DNA of 64,000 bases from Eledone cirrhosa (lineage: Eukaryota). How positions within the stretch are numbered: position 1 is the stretch's first letter; each line of letters opens with the position of its first letter. The stretch covers positions 24,490,001 through 24,554,000 of the forward strand of contig OZ024756.1 in the NCBI GenBank assembly GCA_964016885.1, in the 5' to 3' direction. Shown piece after piece: positions 63,001-64,000 of the stretch. The position numbers were made by a program, and so were the translations under genes. The notes beneath the pieces are model-generated. The model was not told the origin of the DNA. It was given only the letters and a program-made list of their open reading frames with translations, and did not search any database.

Positions 63001-63313
63001 TTGCTTAAGTGGGGTTTCTTCTCTGAAGACCTGCTGTCCAGCTTTCCTGAGAGTTTCTTACCATTATATATATATATATATATATAATGTGTGTGTATAT
63101 TTATATATACATATATATATCAAATATCAACCCTTATATATGTGTGCTGTTGTGGACACAACTACTTTTGAGTTAAAATTTCTTCAGTAGAACCATCTCA
63201 TATTTTCTATGGCATCTATAGGCTGGCTGGAATAATAATGTTTCTATATGTAAATTGAATTAAGTTTTGTTTCAGGCAATTTGGTATCTAAAGGATTAAA
63301 CAATTTTGTATGT

Positions 63314-63356
<43 letters not shown>

Positions 63357-63507
63357 CCCATTCCTGAATTATACCACGTAGTGAATAGTCACTTCCATAA
63401 TTATAAGCTTTCTGATGAAGTGTAATAAATAATTAAGTATTGCATATGATTGAACAATATATATTGTAATAGGCATAAGTAGACAATTATAATAGACACA
63501 GAAACAT

Positions 63508-63539
<32 letters not shown>

Positions 63540-64000
63540 CATAAATGTTCTCTATCAGATGCCAGTATGTTCAGAAATGATACATCATCATCACCGTTTA
63601 AAGTCCATTTTTCAATGCTGACAGGTCAGACGATACATATCTCTAAATATATATGTATATCATCAGCATTTTTCTATGCTCACATGGGTTGGACGGGTCC
63701 TTTTCAGCACAGCATTTCTCCACTCGCGTTTCTTTGTCATTCCCTCTGTGAGTCTCAGCAATTTGAGATCAACGCTCACCACTTCTGCCCAAGTTTTCTT
63801 TGTTCGACCTCTAATGAGGCTTCCTTATGTATTATATAGAGATATATATGTATATGTGTAGACAATGTAATATCTTTTTTACAAAAGAATAAAGATGTTA
63901 TGGATGGCCATGGCTGGAAAGTCATTGACTTTAGATGTGACTTCTAACTAAACAATATACATTATCTCAAAATAAATCATAACTTATAGGTGTGCTTGAT

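Noticed and set aside
53200-64000. Additional protein-coding gene or Helitron Rep/helicase downstream of the STPR gene
   Set aside because: Only SINEs, MITEs, microsatellites and short ORFs without recognisable motifs were seen; small exons cannot be excluded without transcript data.

Overview
Eukaryotic, AT-rich, microsatellite- and SINE-dense DNA. The repeat families (tRNA-derived SINEs, RTE fragments, (TA)n/(CA)n tracts) look like those of an octopus/coleoid cephalopod; this is an inference. Two genes are arranged head-to-head. (1) The minus strand carries the first 20 coding exons (about 757 codons) of 5-oxoprolinase (OPLAH), from the ATG at 26183 down to 277. All junctions are GT-AG and phase-consistent, and the gene continues beyond base 1. 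(2) The plus strand carries an uncharacterised gene of three large paralogous coding exons joined by phase-1 introns (31580-33539, 48954-49871, 51668-53196), which splice into one 1468-aa frame. Its architecture is an N-terminal ubiquitin-like fold, a cluster of 23-aa STPR-type repeats in each exon, a degenerate ~19-aa F-P/S-Y/C repeat region, basic NLS-like patches and a C-terminal C4 zinc finger resembling the Helitron RepHel N-terminal finger. This is the best candidate for an undescribed system. Between the genes lie a decayed Rex3/RTE-like LINE and a ~590-bp foldback inverted repeat. The introns hold many minisatellites, including an 84-bp SINE-head array, a 99-bp palindrome-rich array and a 20-bp TTAGGG-containing array. 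They also hold TTAA-flanked piggyBac-type MITEs and several hairpin elements embedded in (TA)n. Most short ORFs in the supplied track are repeat artefacts.
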